Below, in pieces: positions 19,711 through 29,583 of a stretch of DNA of 64,000 nt; position 1 is the stretch's first letter; each line of letters opens with the position of its first letter. The stretch is taken from contig OY759598.1 of NCBI GenBank assembly GCA_963662435.1, forward strand, positions 3,566,507-3,630,506, given 5' to 3'. A model generated the notes under the pieces. The model did no database searches, had not been told where the DNA came from, and saw nothing but the letters and a program-made list of their open reading frames with translations. Source of the DNA: Dehalococcoidia bacterium. Its GTDB lineage: Bacteria; Chloroflexota; Dehalococcoidia; Lucifugimonadales; VXLM01. The position numbers were made by a program, and so were the translations under genes.

Positions 19711-21336
19711 ATGACAACTCCAGTCCACATCGGCTCAACCAAGCAGCTCTTTCTCGATGACCACGTCGTCGATACGCTCGACAACGTCGTGCGCCGGTTC
19801 CACCGACCCGTGAGGTATGAAGATAATCCGGTTATCCAAGCTGACAAGCCTTGGGAACGCGGCGGAGGTGGGGTCTATCTCTACGGCGGATCGGTTATGT
19901 ACGACGAGGAGGACGGCCACTTCAAGATGTGGTACCGCACGTCTAGCCCTCTGGACAGCACGGCGACAAGCCGCAGCAAGGAGCCGGAAGGGGCGTATAA
20001 GGCTTGCTACGCCGTTTCCGACGATGGCGTGCATTGGGAGAAGCCGTCGTTGGGCCTTACCGACCACGACGGCTCGAAGGACAATAACATCCTTCCACCG
20101 GCCATCGGCGGGATGAAGCAGATTCGCCGCCCCAATCTCATCAAGGACTACGACGATCCCGACCCTAACCGCCGCTACAAGATGATCTACATGGACAACT
20201 TCGAGGGGAAGTGGGCACTTTCGAAAGGGTTCTCTCGAGACGGAATCACATGGGAGATGAACGTCGGAGTTCCTCATGCCTTCGAGAGGCCGGTGGCTCC
20301 CAACGGCGTCCTCTTTGGATGGGATGCCAGGCGTTCCGAGTACGTCCACTACCACCGAAAGTCCGGCATGGTTCCCGCCGACGTCGATGGCAGGCTCGTC
20401 CGGAAGAAGCACGCCGTCATGCGCACGTCGAGCCCGGACTTCGAGACATGGGGCGACACCCAGGAGGTATTGACGCCCTCGAAATCGGATCCGGCCAACT
20501 GGAGTCCGAGCCACGGGGTCGATCTTGCCGGCGTCCTCTATACCGATGATCTCTATATTGGCACAGTCGATAGCGGCGCGACTTACCATGTGGAAGACTT
20601 CCCCGAACACCTGTGGGACCCGTTCCACCGGAACGAATTCGCCGAATACCGCACCGAGCTCGTGATCAGCCGCGACGGCGTCATGTGGCGACGCGCTGCG
20701 CCATTCTGGGAATTTATGCGCTTCGGCTCCTGGGGCACTTGGGACCGCGATCACGTGGGGCTGGTCAAGCCCATCCTTTACAACGACGAGCTGCTCTTTT
20801 ACTACGCCGGCAGCAACGTGCCGATGGGCTCGAACTCTCCCGGCCATCCCATGGCGGACGTGATCAACACGGTGAGAGACGGCCAGTGGATGGCGCATGC
20901 CATCGGGCTGGCAAAGATGAGGTTGGACGGTTTCGTCTCGATGGACGCTTATCAGGACGGTGGTATGCTGACAACCAGGCCTTTGGTATTCGAAGGGGAT
21001 CATCTGCAGGTAAACGTCAGGGCGCCTGAGAAGCCGTTTGGGGCCGATAGGTTCCCACCAACTGCATATGGCACAATCGACGTGGAGATTCTCGATCTTG
21101 CTGGGAGACCTCTGGAGCCCTTCTCCTTGGCACACTGCGATACCTTCACAGGCGACAAACTTCGTCACACCGTGACGTGGAACGGGAGCCCTGATCTCAC
21201 TGCTCTGGAGGGAGAAGCTGTGTCGCTCCGATTTCACCAGCGCAACGCAGCCTTGTACGCATTTCAGTTCGTGAACGAGAACACAGGGCAGAGTATGGCC
21301 AACCTTCTGGCGCCGGGAGCAAAGGGAGCACCCTAG
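19711..21336 (+). CDS. Hypothetical five-bladed beta-propeller glycoside-hydrolase-like protein
   Basis: 'QLFLDD', 'NPVIQADKPWE', Asp-box-like 'SDDGVHWEKP', 'SRDGITW', 'RLDGFVS'. Confidence 0.6.
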   Translation: MTTPVHIGSTKQLFLDDHVVDTLDNVVRRFHRPVRYEDNPVIQADKPWERGGGGVYLYGGSVMYDEEDGHFKMWYRTSSPLDSTATSRSKEPEGAYKACYAVSDDGVHWEKPSLGLTDHDGSKDNNILPPAIGGMKQIRRPNLIKDYDDPDPNRRYKMIYMDNFEGKWALSKGFSRDGITWEMNVGVPHAFERPVAPNGVLFGWDARRSEYVHYHRKSGMVPADVDGRLVRKKHAVMRTSSPDFETWGDTQEVLTPSKSDPANWSPSHGVDLAGVLYTDDLYIGTVDSGATYHVEDFPEHLWDPFHRNEFAEYRTELVISRDGVMWRRAAPFWEFMRFGSWGTWDRDHVGLVKPILYNDELLFYYAGSNVPMGSNSPGHPMADVINTVRDGQWMAHAIGLAKMRLDGFVSMDAYQDGGMLTTRPLVFEGDHLQVNVRAPEKPFGADRFPPTAYGTIDVEILDLAGRPLEPFSLAHCDTFTGDKLRHTVTWNGSPDLTALEGEAVSLRFHQRNAALYAFQFVNENTGQSMANLLAPGAKGAP

Positions 21337-21383
21337 TACCACAGTACACACGGCAGACGACATCAAACGGAGGAAATTCTCAG

Positions 21384-22439
21384 ATGGATCACATAAGAAT
21401 CGGAATCATCGGAGCGGGAGCCGTCGCACGGGACCGGCACATCCCTCGACTCAAGGCCATCCAGGGCGTTGAGCTTTCGATGGTATGGAATAGGACGGTC
21501 TCGAAGGCTCAAGGCATAGCGCAGGAGTTCGGATTCAGCCAGGCAGTGGCGGACTGGAGAGAAATCGCCGAATCAACAGACATTGACGCTGTCGTTGTCG
21601 CGACACCGCCCGGCACGCATCACGAGATGACGCTTGCGAGCCTGGCCGGCGGTAAGCACGTCCTGTGCCAGGCTCGAATGTCTCGGAACCTCAGAGAGGC
21701 CAAGGAGATGCGAGATGTGGCCGCCAATGCGGGCAAGGTAACCTGCCTCTACCCTCCGCTTCCAGGCCTCAAGGGTGACCGCACGATGCTGCGTCTCCTG
21801 GAAGGTGACTACATCGGAGAACTCCGGGAGGCCCGTGTCTTCGGCATGGCCGCGCCCTCTGCCAGGGACACATACGACTGGCGGCGTGATCCCGACGTGA
21901 CCGGCCTCCACCTCCTGACCATGGGCATGTGGATCGAGGTGTTGAACCGGTGGGTAGGTCCCGCCACCTCGCTCGCCGCCAGGGCCGGTTACCACTTCGA
22001 TAAGGTTCAAAACTCCGCGGGCGAGATGGTCGATGCCACAGTTCCTGACTCAGTGGCCATCACTGCCAATCTCGAGAGTGGGGCGGCAGCCTCCTACCAC
22101 TTCTCCACCGAAGCCTCGTTTGCGGGCCCGCATAAGATCGAGCTGTATGGTTCCAGGGGCGCACTCATCTACACGTTGTTCGGCGACGAAATCCATGGTG
22201 CGACCGAAGGTATGTCAACTCTGCAGCGCATTGAACCGGAACCTCACGAGATACGCCTCCAGACTACGGACGCCGAATTCATCAGCGCCATTCGCGAGGG
22301 CACGCCGGTGCACCCGTCGTTTGAAGAAGGAGTCCGGTATATGGAGTTCTGCGAGGCGGTGGGACAGTCAGTCCATTTCGACAGGGTCGTCGAGTTTCCG
22401 CCTGAGGCCCTCATGGCAACGTGGGGGAGGGCGCTCTAG
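21384..22439 (+). CDS. Gfo/Idh/MocA oxidoreductase
   Basis: 'IGIIGAG', 'GKHVLCQARM'; GGAGG RBS. Confidence 0.85.
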   Translation: MDHIRIGIIGAGAVARDRHIPRLKAIQGVELSMVWNRTVSKAQGIAQEFGFSQAVADWREIAESTDIDAVVVATPPGTHHEMTLASLAGGKHVLCQARMSRNLREAKEMRDVAANAGKVTCLYPPLPGLKGDRTMLRLLEGDYIGELREARVFGMAAPSARDTYDWRRDPDVTGLHLLTMGMWIEVLNRWVGPATSLAARAGYHFDKVQNSAGEMVDATVPDSVAITANLESGAAASYHFSTEASFAGPHKIELYGSRGALIYTLFGDEIHGATEGMSTLQRIEPEPHEIRLQTTDAEFISAIREGTPVHPSFEEGVRYMEFCEAVGQSVHFDRVVEFPPEALMATWGRAL

Positions 22440-22461
22440 ACAGGCTTGGCAGGTAGGTGGT

Positions 22462-23376
22462 TCACACGTAGCTATTCAGGAACACCGGCTGCACCCATGC
22501 CTTGGCGCCATCAGAAGAGATCACCGATGCCCGCACATAGCCCTCGCCGCCGCTGATATCGTATCGTGGACACAGTCCTTGTTGTTCCGACAGGACGCGA
22601 CCGTTCATGCCGACGAACTTCGTGAGGTATGACTCACCGTGCCGTTCTTGAATCTTGATTGAAACCACTGATGGAGTCGTGGTGACATCCGTCAACTCGA
22701 TCCCCGTAGATGCATAGAACTCCCCTTGCTTCAGCGCTGAGAGGATAGTTTGCTCGCTTAGGGAATCGGCCCGAACAAAGACCCACCCACGTCCTGGATT
22801 CGCTCGGTCGGGGCGGAACTCGTCGTAGGTGTGGGCGTCGTCGGTGGATATGCCGTAGATACGCTGCCCGCCGCTGAGTATGGCGTCCCATATTTCTTCG
22901 CTGCTCGGCCTGCCGTTTCCCCCGTCATTGTTCTTGCTGGGCCCACCGCCATTGAACACCTCGATGAAGGACGCGCCGGTGGTCTGCAGGACGTGTTCGT
23001 GAGTGAAGCTGTCTCTGTCGTTTGGATGATTCAGCGAGGCCATGCCTCCCGCCGCAAGAACGCCATCTATGTTGGCCTGCATCGTGGGTACTTTCTCTTC
23101 CAGATCGATGAACTCCACCGAACGCGTAATCCCGAATCCGTTGATGTGGATGGGACCGTTTCCGCTGGGCATGTGTTTTCCAACTTCCTGACCTCGGACC
23201 ATGACCAACTCGTCGTTCTCGTACTCGGTAAGCACGTCGTGGTCGGTGATGGCCAGCCAGTCATACCCGTTTTGGGCATACCAACGGACGACGTTCTCGG
23301 GCGACTCCGGCCTTGTGGAGCCGAGCAGGGATGTGTGAGTGTGGAGGTTTCCCTTGTACCAGTTCTTGCTCATCAT
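22462..23376 (-). CDS. PHP-domain metallohydrolase (CehA/McbA-like)
   Basis: 'WYKGNLHTHT', 'LAITDHD', 'LNHP', 'TDDAH'. Confidence 0.8.
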   Translation of the reverse strand: MMSKNWYKGNLHTHTSLLGSTRPESPENVVRWYAQNGYDWLAITDHDVLTEYENDELVMVRGQEVGKHMPSGNGPIHINGFGITRSVEFIDLEEKVPTMQANIDGVLAAGGMASLNHPNDRDSFTHEHVLQTTGASFIEVFNGGGPSKNNDGGNGRPSSEEIWDAILSGGQRIYGISTDDAHTYDEFRPDRANPGRGWVFVRADSLSEQTILSALKQGEFYASTGIELTDVTTTPSVVSIKIQERHGESYLTKFVGMNGRVLSEQQGLCPRYDISGGEGYVRASVISSDGAKAWVQPVFLNSYV

Positions 23377-24557
23377 TGCCTGGGTCGGAAGATGCCGAAA
23401 GAGCTTGTGTATGAATGGAGGAATATCGATCCACCCACCGGGCCGATCTCGCCGTTGCAGAAAAAGCCCGTCAACGGCATCGGGCTGACCGTGTCGCGGA
23501 ACATCTGCGTATCGTGGTCAGGTTGACCGTACAGGTATTCGCCACGCCCCAGACAGGAAAACATGAGCGCCCCCGTCTCCTCATAAATGGGACCTCTCGC
23601 AGAGTAGGACGTGAGCATATGGCTGAGGTCCTGTGCCGAAGTTTCGGCGTCGCGGACATGGAACTGTACTGTCTGACCTTCCCTCAGCAGTTCTCCAACG
23701 GAGATATCACCCGTTTCGTGGTTTCCTCCCATGATATTCCGCACCAGGAAGTCCCCAAGCTGGGGGGACTCGTTCATGGGATCCATGGCGATGCCGAGGA
23801 AAACCGCCTGCTGAGCAAGGCGTTGATCGCTAGAGGACAGGCCACGGTATATGCGTTGAAGGGCCTCAATCGGCTTATCGTCGTCGAGTCCCTTTAGAAC
23901 ATTGCGACTTGCGGAGGTGACCTGCATGGGACGTCCGATGGGGCGGCATCCTTGAGCCACGATCGTGTCGACTGTTAGGTTGCCGCTCAGCGCCACTCCA
24001 ACCGCTCCGGAATGGTAGACCTTGTCCGCCAAGAATAGTGCGCTGTCTCCAGGACGCTGCCCGCCGCTGGCCATTCCGCCTATCTTCGAGCTGCCCGGGA
24101 ATGCGAAGTCCAGTCCCATCACAAACTGTTCTGCGTCGAACGAGAAAGGATCTATCAGGAGAACGAATTGCGCTTCATCATGTTCGGTGACGCCAACCAG
24201 ATCCTTCCACCCTTCGGGAGGGGCGTCCGCATCGGGCATGTCTGGGGTCTCTATACGAAACGGTGCAACATTCACATCCGGCAGATGGGCCGCTGCAATG
24301 GCGAGACCCGGTCGGTGTTCCACCTCTCGACCGGCACCAATCACTCCACCACCGGAACAGCCAACGAATTGACTCAGCGGCAACGCCTCTTGTACCAACT
24401 CTGGAAGGCTGTCGAACTCGTCTGCGTGATGCTGGGAGACAAATGCGACAACCAGGTCGGCGTTCAACTCTCCCATCTCAGCGCGAATCTCTCCTGCGCA
24501 TTCGGACAATGCCGAATCCAGAGACGCACCTTCAGAGACTGCCGAGCTCCAACGCAT
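23373..24557 (-). CDS. FIST N/C domain sensory protein
   Basis: 'GCSGGGVIG', 'GGMASGG', 'VAQGCRPIG', 'FSCLGRG', 'GFFCNGEIGP'. Confidence 0.88.
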   Translation of the reverse strand: MRWSSAVSEGASLDSALSECAGEIRAEMGELNADLVVAFVSQHHADEFDSLPELVQEALPLSQFVGCSGGGVIGAGREVEHRPGLAIAAAHLPDVNVAPFRIETPDMPDADAPPEGWKDLVGVTEHDEAQFVLLIDPFSFDAEQFVMGLDFAFPGSSKIGGMASGGQRPGDSALFLADKVYHSGAVGVALSGNLTVDTIVAQGCRPIGRPMQVTSASRNVLKGLDDDKPIEALQRIYRGLSSSDQRLAQQAVFLGIAMDPMNESPQLGDFLVRNIMGGNHETGDISVGELLREGQTVQFHVRDAETSAQDLSHMLTSYSARGPIYEETGALMFSCLGRGEYLYGQPDHDTQMFRDTVSPMPLTGFFCNGEIGPVGGSIFLHSYTSSFGIFRPRQ

Positions 24558-24571
24558 GTAAGGTTACCTCG

Positions 24572-24826
24572 CTAGTCCCAAGGCTCACTGCCTTCGCCGG
24601 TCGAAAACCCCAGCTGTCGAATATGATCCTCGAGCGTCGATTGCCAATCACCAATCGGGACTGTCAACGGCGCAACGATTTCTATGCTGCCATCTTCATT
24701 CGCTGTGACCGACCCTTCGTTCGCCTTCTCCAGCGGAACACTGATGGTCTCGCGGTCGATCTCGAATCGGTCGGTGACCTCGTAGATCGCCATCATGTCT
24801 TCCATTCCGATTACTTCTTCGGACAT
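24572..24826 (-). CDS. Small acidic hypothetical protein
   Basis: 84-aa ORF with GGAG RBS, directly upstream of and co-oriented with the FIST gene. Confidence 0.6.
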   Translation of the reverse strand: MSEEVIGMEDMMAIYEVTDRFEIDRETISVPLEKANEGSVTANEDGSIEIVAPLTVPIGDWQSTLEDHIRQLGFSTGEGSEPWD

Positions 24827-25001
24827 CGCTTCTCCACAGACTGATGAGGACTGCGTCGGCAAGGTTATTGCATCCACAACCGTCATGCAAACCATTTCCC
24901 ATAGACGTTGACAGGTAGAATTGTAGGTTGCCCATATTACAATGGGACGCAGCTCACGAAAACTCTGCCCAATGGACTCCCCTCAGAGTGCACTATCTCA
25001 C

Positions 25002-25592
25002 ATGACAGAAGACATCCGTGCTTTCCTTGCGATAGAAGTTTCCGACGATGTGAAGTCTACCTTGAGTAAACTCACCAATCAGCTAGAAAGAGGCAGAATC
25101 GACGGCCTGAAGGCAGTCCGACCGGAAAACATGCATCTCACATTGAAGTTTTTCGGCGACGTGAGTCCCACTCGGGTTGATTCGATAGTCGGCACTATCA
25201 CACGGGCAGCTAAAGCTATTCATCCCTTTACTCTTCGGCTTGGCAAAGTTGGGGCCTATCCCAACAGTAGGAATCCCCGGGTACTCTGGGTCGGCCTTAA
25301 TGGCGATGTAGTGTCCCTCCAGGAAGCGCACAGCCGCATCGAGAACGCCCTCGTTGACATCGACATCAAGCCCGACTCCCGCAAGTTCAGCCCGCACCTC
25401 ACCGTCGCCCGGCTACAAAATCGATCATCCTCCTCAGAAAGACGTAGATCCGCGGAAGTCTTGCTCGCAGCCGACTACCAGGCCGGGCATCCGATCCCCG
25501 TCGAACGATTTAGTCTGATCCGCAGCATCCTGCGTCCTGATGGTCCTCAGTACACCATCCTGGCCGACATTACTCTCGACCAAGGCAAGTAA
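25002..25592 (+). CDS. thpR: RNA 2',3'-cyclic phosphodiesterase (2H family)
   Basis: 'RAFLAI', two HxT motifs (MHLTLKF, PHLTVAR); start uncertain (24942/24972/25002). Confidence 0.9.
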   Translation: MTEDIRAFLAIEVSDDVKSTLSKLTNQLERGRIDGLKAVRPENMHLTLKFFGDVSPTRVDSIVGTITRAAKAIHPFTLRLGKVGAYPNSRNPRVLWVGLNGDVVSLQEAHSRIENALVDIDIKPDSRKFSPHLTVARLQNRSSSSERRRSAEVLLAADYQAGHPIPVERFSLIRSILRPDGPQYTILADITLDQGK

Positions 25593-25701
25593 GGCCTGGC
25601 GCACAGTTGAGAGCGCGCTCTCGGTTGACGCTTTCGGCGCATTCGTTGATCATTGACCGACATGCACCATCAGCTTGAACAACGAACCATGAGGCCTTGA
25701 T

Positions 25702-26487
25702 GTGGAAGCCGCTGCCGTACTCGGGCTTCTGCAAGGCCTTGCTGAGTGGCTCCCCGTAAGCTCCCAGGGTGTTGTCGCCGGTGCCTACTCACTCATGTTC
25801 GATGCCTCGTTCGATGAGGCCATCGGCTTCGCACTCTGGCTCCACGTAGGCACTGTCCCATCCGTGCTCGTTGCTCTGCGCCGTGACCTCTATGAAATCG
25901 CACGTGAATTCCTCGCCCGTCCCAAAGCCCCTTCACATTCCTTCAAATTCCTCGTTGCCTCGACTCTTATCAGCGGCATGGTGGGAATGCCCCTTATCGT
26001 TGCCCTAGGGAATATTTCCGCTATTGGTGGCACAGCGGCAACTGGCGTGATAGGCGCGTTCATGCTCGTCAGCGGTTACCTCCAACTGAGGCGCGGCGAC
26101 TCAAGAGAAGTGGGGCCAAGAGACCTGACGCTCAAAGATGCGCTGGTTGTCGGCTTCGCTCAGGGCCTTTCAGTGATCCCCGGACTCAGCCGTTCTGGAA
26201 TTACTATTGTCGTGCTTCTCTCTCGTCGCGTGGAAAGTCGGAGGGCTCTAACGCTAAGCTTCCTTCTGAGTATCCCGGCCAGCTTGGCTGCTGCTCTCTA
26301 TGTAGGAATTGAATCGGGCCTGGAGTTTGATGCGGAGGCCGGGCTTGCCGCCGCTGTCGCATTCGTCGTGGGCCTGTTCACAATCAAGGGACTGATGAAG
26401 GCAGCGGAACGAATGAATTTCGGGTGGTTTGTCATCGCGGTCGGAGCCGCCATGATCCTAGGATCGTTCATCGTTTGGAGGCTGTAA
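25702..26487 (+). CDS. uppP: Undecaprenyl-diphosphate phosphatase (BacA)
   Basis: 'QGLAEWLPVSSQG', 'PGLSRSG', 'SFLLSIP'. Confidence 0.88.
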   Translation: MEAAAVLGLLQGLAEWLPVSSQGVVAGAYSLMFDASFDEAIGFALWLHVGTVPSVLVALRRDLYEIAREFLARPKAPSHSFKFLVASTLISGMVGMPLIVALGNISAIGGTAATGVIGAFMLVSGYLQLRRGDSREVGPRDLTLKDALVVGFAQGLSVIPGLSRSGITIVVLLSRRVESRRALTLSFLLSIPASLAAALYVGIESGLEFDAEAGLAAAVAFVVGLFTIKGLMKAAERMNFGWFVIAVGAAMILGSFIVWRL

Positions 26488-26589
26488 CACGACCCTCCGT
26501 CCCTCCTCCTTCGGCTCTATACCTTGCCGCGAGGGCTGTGATAAACTCCGAAAAAGTCCCAGAAGTGGGCAATATCACGAGGACGTTTC

Positions 26590-27150
26590 GTGAATTGGCT
26601 TGACTACAGTCTCATTCTCATCCTGATCATCGGGGCGGTCGTAGGTCTGAGGATCGGGATCCTCGGGGCAGTTTACTCCACGATAGTCGTATTTCTCGGA
26701 TGGCTCATCGCCGCCCAACTGGGAACGCTCGTCGGCAGACTGTTCCAGCTTTTCCTTGATGATGACCGCGTTATCACGGTGGTCTCATTCACGGCCCTAA
26801 TGGGAGTGGTTGTCTATTTCGGAGGGAAACTGTGGACTCCCATCAGGACCGCGCTCGGAGTGGGCACGCTCGGAGCGTCGAACTTCTTCGATTACTTGGG
26901 AGGGCTGCTCGTCGGAATAGTCTTTGGCGTAGCATTGTCAGGCGCGATTCTCGTGGGCCTGATGCGACTTACCCACACTTCGAATGCCACTATAGAAGTA
27001 TTTCATGAACAACTCGATTCGGCCCTCGTGGAATCGACGCTGGTGCCGGCTTTTGTGAGAGGAACATACGCACTTCCGGCCGGTTCACTTGGGCTCATCC
27101 CCGGCGACTTTCGGTCGTCGCTAGAGTACTATAAAGACCGTATCGAGTAG
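26590..27150 (+). CDS. CvpA (colicin V production) family membrane protein
   Basis: 'MNWLDY..I..I..GA..G.R.G', 'D..GG..VG' and several TM helices. Confidence 0.7.
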   Translation: MNWLDYSLILILIIGAVVGLRIGILGAVYSTIVVFLGWLIAAQLGTLVGRLFQLFLDDDRVITVVSFTALMGVVVYFGGKLWTPIRTALGVGTLGASNFFDYLGGLLVGIVFGVALSGAILVGLMRLTHTSNATIEVFHEQLDSALVESTLVPAFVRGTYALPAGSLGLIPGDFRSSLEYYKDRIE

Positions 27151-27157
27151 ACTTACG

Positions 27158-27697
27158 ATGACTATGGCACTCAACACACCGGTCTTGGTACTGAACCAAA
27201 ACTATCAGCCGCTCAATATCTGCAATGTGCGAAGGGCTATGGTGCTACTCGGCGTGGGAAAGGCCGAGTTACTGGCCAATGGACACGGCGACATCCGCAC
27301 CGTACGACAGTCTTTCACCATTCCGTCCGTCATCCGCTTGTACTACATGGTCAAGAAGCCCGTGATGCAGCGCAAGTTATCGCGACGTGCGATCTTTCAC
27401 CGAGACGGGTTTGCCTGCCAATATTGTGGAACTGAGGGGAAGAACCTTACTATCGACCATATCATCCCTCGCTCCAGAAATGGCCGGCACACTTGGGACA
27501 ACGTGGTTACGGCTTGCATCCCGTGCAATCACCTGAAGGCTGGTCGTACCCCCAAGGAGGCAAACATGCGGTTGGCGCGCGAGCCCAAGGTGCCGCGACC
27601 CGATCCGTATGCCCTCTTCCACCACCGCAACATCATGGAAGAGTGGCAGCCGTTCATCCCCTGGGTCAGCCAGGCAGTGGCGCGCGTACGCCACTAG
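27158..27697 (+). CDS. HNH endonuclease (McrA-like)
   Basis: 'VLVLNQNYQPL', 'RDGFACQYCG', 'TIDHIIPRS.NG..TWDNVVTAC..CN..K'. Confidence 0.9.
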   Translation: MTMALNTPVLVLNQNYQPLNICNVRRAMVLLGVGKAELLANGHGDIRTVRQSFTIPSVIRLYYMVKKPVMQRKLSRRAIFHRDGFACQYCGTEGKNLTIDHIIPRSRNGRHTWDNVVTACIPCNHLKAGRTPKEANMRLAREPKVPRPDPYALFHHRNIMEEWQPFIPWVSQAVARVRH

Positions 27698-27750
27698 GTG
27701 ACAAGCGGGTTGTCTGAGATGCTGTTACCCAGGTAGTGGCCCGTCAAGGC

Positions 27751-28401
27751 CTAGTTGTACATACTCCGAACAACGCCGACAACTTTGCCTCTGACCTGTA
27801 CATTGCCGGCCGGGACGACAATAGGCTCATAGGCGCTGTTGGCGGGTTGAAGCGTTACGGTGCCGTTCTGCATGAAGAAGTGCTTGAGGGTGACTTCCTC
27901 ACCTTCGATCTCTGCGGCAACCATCTCCCCATTTCGTGCGTCGACTGCTGGCTCCATCAGGACCAAGTCTCCGTCCGCCACCAGTGCATCGATCATTGAC
28001 TCGCCCTTGACTCGCACGGCAAACACATCGGGATTCCCGCGAGTTAGGAAAGCGGGAAGATCAACTAGCTCGTCCGCGTCACTTCTTGACGCAGCTCCGG
28101 GGACGTGCAGCGGCTCACCTGCTGCGATTCTGCCGAAGACGGGTACGGCCAGCACATTGTCCGGTGTAGGCTCGCGACCTGAGGAGTCCTTGAGGAGTTC
28201 AATTCCTCTCGAGACCTCAGACCGACGTCGTATGTATCCCTCGCGTTGGAGGATACGCAGGTTGTAGTCGACGACCGACGTTGAGCTTATGGTGCATCCG
28301 CCCTGGATATCGCGGACGGTTGGAGGGTAGTGGTTGTCTTCAAGGAAGTCTTGGATATACTCGACTATTGCTACCTGCTTTACTGACAGCTTCTTCTTCA
28401 T
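27751..28401 (-). CDS. lexA: SOS repressor LexA
   Basis: wHTH 'YPPTVRDI', cleavage site 'GRIAAGEP', catalytic 'GESM' and 'TLK'. Confidence 0.96.
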   Translation of the reverse strand: MKKKLSVKQVAIVEYIQDFLEDNHYPPTVRDIQGGCTISSTSVVDYNLRILQREGYIRRRSEVSRGIELLKDSSGREPTPDNVLAVPVFGRIAAGEPLHVPGAASRSDADELVDLPAFLTRGNPDVFAVRVKGESMIDALVADGDLVLMEPAVDARNGEMVAAEIEGEEVTLKHFFMQNGTVTLQPANSAYEPIVVPAGNVQVRGKVVGVVRSMYN

Positions 28402-28433
28402 GGGTAAACCTCACCTCGTGCATATTAATGTGA

Positions 28434-28480
28434 GTACGGATGTTCCGAACAAACGTAGCACAAAAGATGAGATGTGTCAA
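28434..28480 (-). promoter_or_regulatory. lexA promoter with tandem SOS boxes
   Basis: Minus strand TTGACA-17 bp-TACGTT; boxes on + strand GTAC-GGAT-GTTC (28434-28445) and GAAC-AAAC-GTAG (28447-28458, overlaps the -10). Confidence 0.75.
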
Positions 28481-28525
28481 CACTCAGTGTCGCTAAGGTA
28501 CAGAGAGGAGGGGAAACCGGGGCTT

Positions 28526-28780
28526 CTAGTCTTTGGCGGCGCTGAGACGACTCACGAGCCGTGACTTTCGGCGGGCGGCATTTCGCTTATGCAATGCGCC
28601 CTTTTGAGCGGCTTTGTCAAGGGCAACAATCGCTTTAAGGGTCGCTGCCTCGGCGTCTTCCATTTCTCCCGAGTCTATCGAGAGGCGCGCCTTCCGAACG
28701 AATGTCTTTGCTTTGGACCGAAGAGGGCGTATGCGCTGACGTCTTCGCTCAGCGACGCGATGTGATTTTGCTGCTGGCAC
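28526..28780 (-). CDS. rpsT: 30S ribosomal protein S20
   Basis: 'LDKAAQKGALHKRNAARRKSRL'; GTG start after GGGAG. Confidence 0.93.
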   Translation of the reverse strand: MPAAKSHRVAERRRQRIRPLRSKAKTFVRKARLSIDSGEMEDAEAATLKAIVALDKAAQKGALHKRNAARRKSRLVSRLSAAKD

Positions 28781-28897
28781 GTACTTGAGTCTCCCTTGAA
28801 TACGTTTGGGCGAGGATAGCAACCTCAAACCTCTTACAGGATACCACCGTCCGTCCTGTGTGAAAACGGTTTGTTGGAATTGCTTTGTGTAAGTTGG

Positions 28898-29260
28898 CTA
28901 TATGCCGAAAGAGGTTCCGCAGCCGCAAGTCGTCTTGGCATTGGGGTTGTCGAATACAAACCCCTTGCCGTTGAGACCGCCGGAATAGCCGAGGGTCGTG
29001 CCCGCGAGGAATACATAGGACTTGCGGTCGACGAATAGACGTATACCGTGCTCCTCGATGACTTTGTCGTGTTGCTGCGGCTCGTCGACGAGATCCAGAG
29101 TGTATGTGAGGCCGGAGCACCCACCTCCCTTCACCGCCACACGCAAACTAGATTCCGGTTTACCTGCCTGCTCGGCAAACTGGCGGACGTGCTCAACGGC
29201 CGCTTCGTCAATATTGATTGTCAACGGGGACGGATTAGGCCTGGTCGCGGTAGCAACCAT
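28898..29260 (-). CDS. Fe-S cluster assembly accessory protein (HesB/IscA/SufA family)
   Basis: 'LRVAVKGGGCSGLTY', 'NPNAKTTCGCGTSF'; AGGAGG RBS. Confidence 0.93.
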   Translation of the reverse strand: MVATATRPNPSPLTINIDEAAVEHVRQFAEQAGKPESSLRVAVKGGGCSGLTYTLDLVDEPQQHDKVIEEHGIRLFVDRKSYVFLAGTTLGYSGGLNGKGFVFDNPNAKTTCGCGTSFGI

Positions 29261-29583
29261 TAGATGTTTCCTCCTGAAAGCTACGCACTTCTTGGTATTG
29301 TAGTGACTCGGCAATACGAGAGTCAATGAGTTGCTAAATTGGGCACGGTCTAAAGCACCCTTCACTGCTTCCAAAAGTCTACGTCAATCGTTTATCCTCG
29401 AAGTATGTTGACGACTTTTGCCCATTGAGACCTTGGTTTCCCTTGAGGAATTCGAAAATCTCGTTGCAATTCCCCTACTAGTCAAGTACAAAGTGTGGTT
29501 GACCGAATAACCTTTGGATAGTATTCTACCTACGACGCTATAGCCCGTAGCGCAAATGTGACATAAACAAAAGGAGAAGCTAC

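Noticed and set aside
19735..21366. 543-aa antisense ORF, and similar long shadow ORFs (60529-62016, 54330-55385, 39994-40809)
   Set aside because: They lie opposite well-supported genes in GC-rich DNA with codon bias, and show no recognisable motifs.
27158..27697. HNH nuclease as a Cas9/IscB-like or restriction effector
   Set aside because: Short stand-alone McrA-like HNH with no RuvC domain, guide-like RNA or adjacent methyltransferase.
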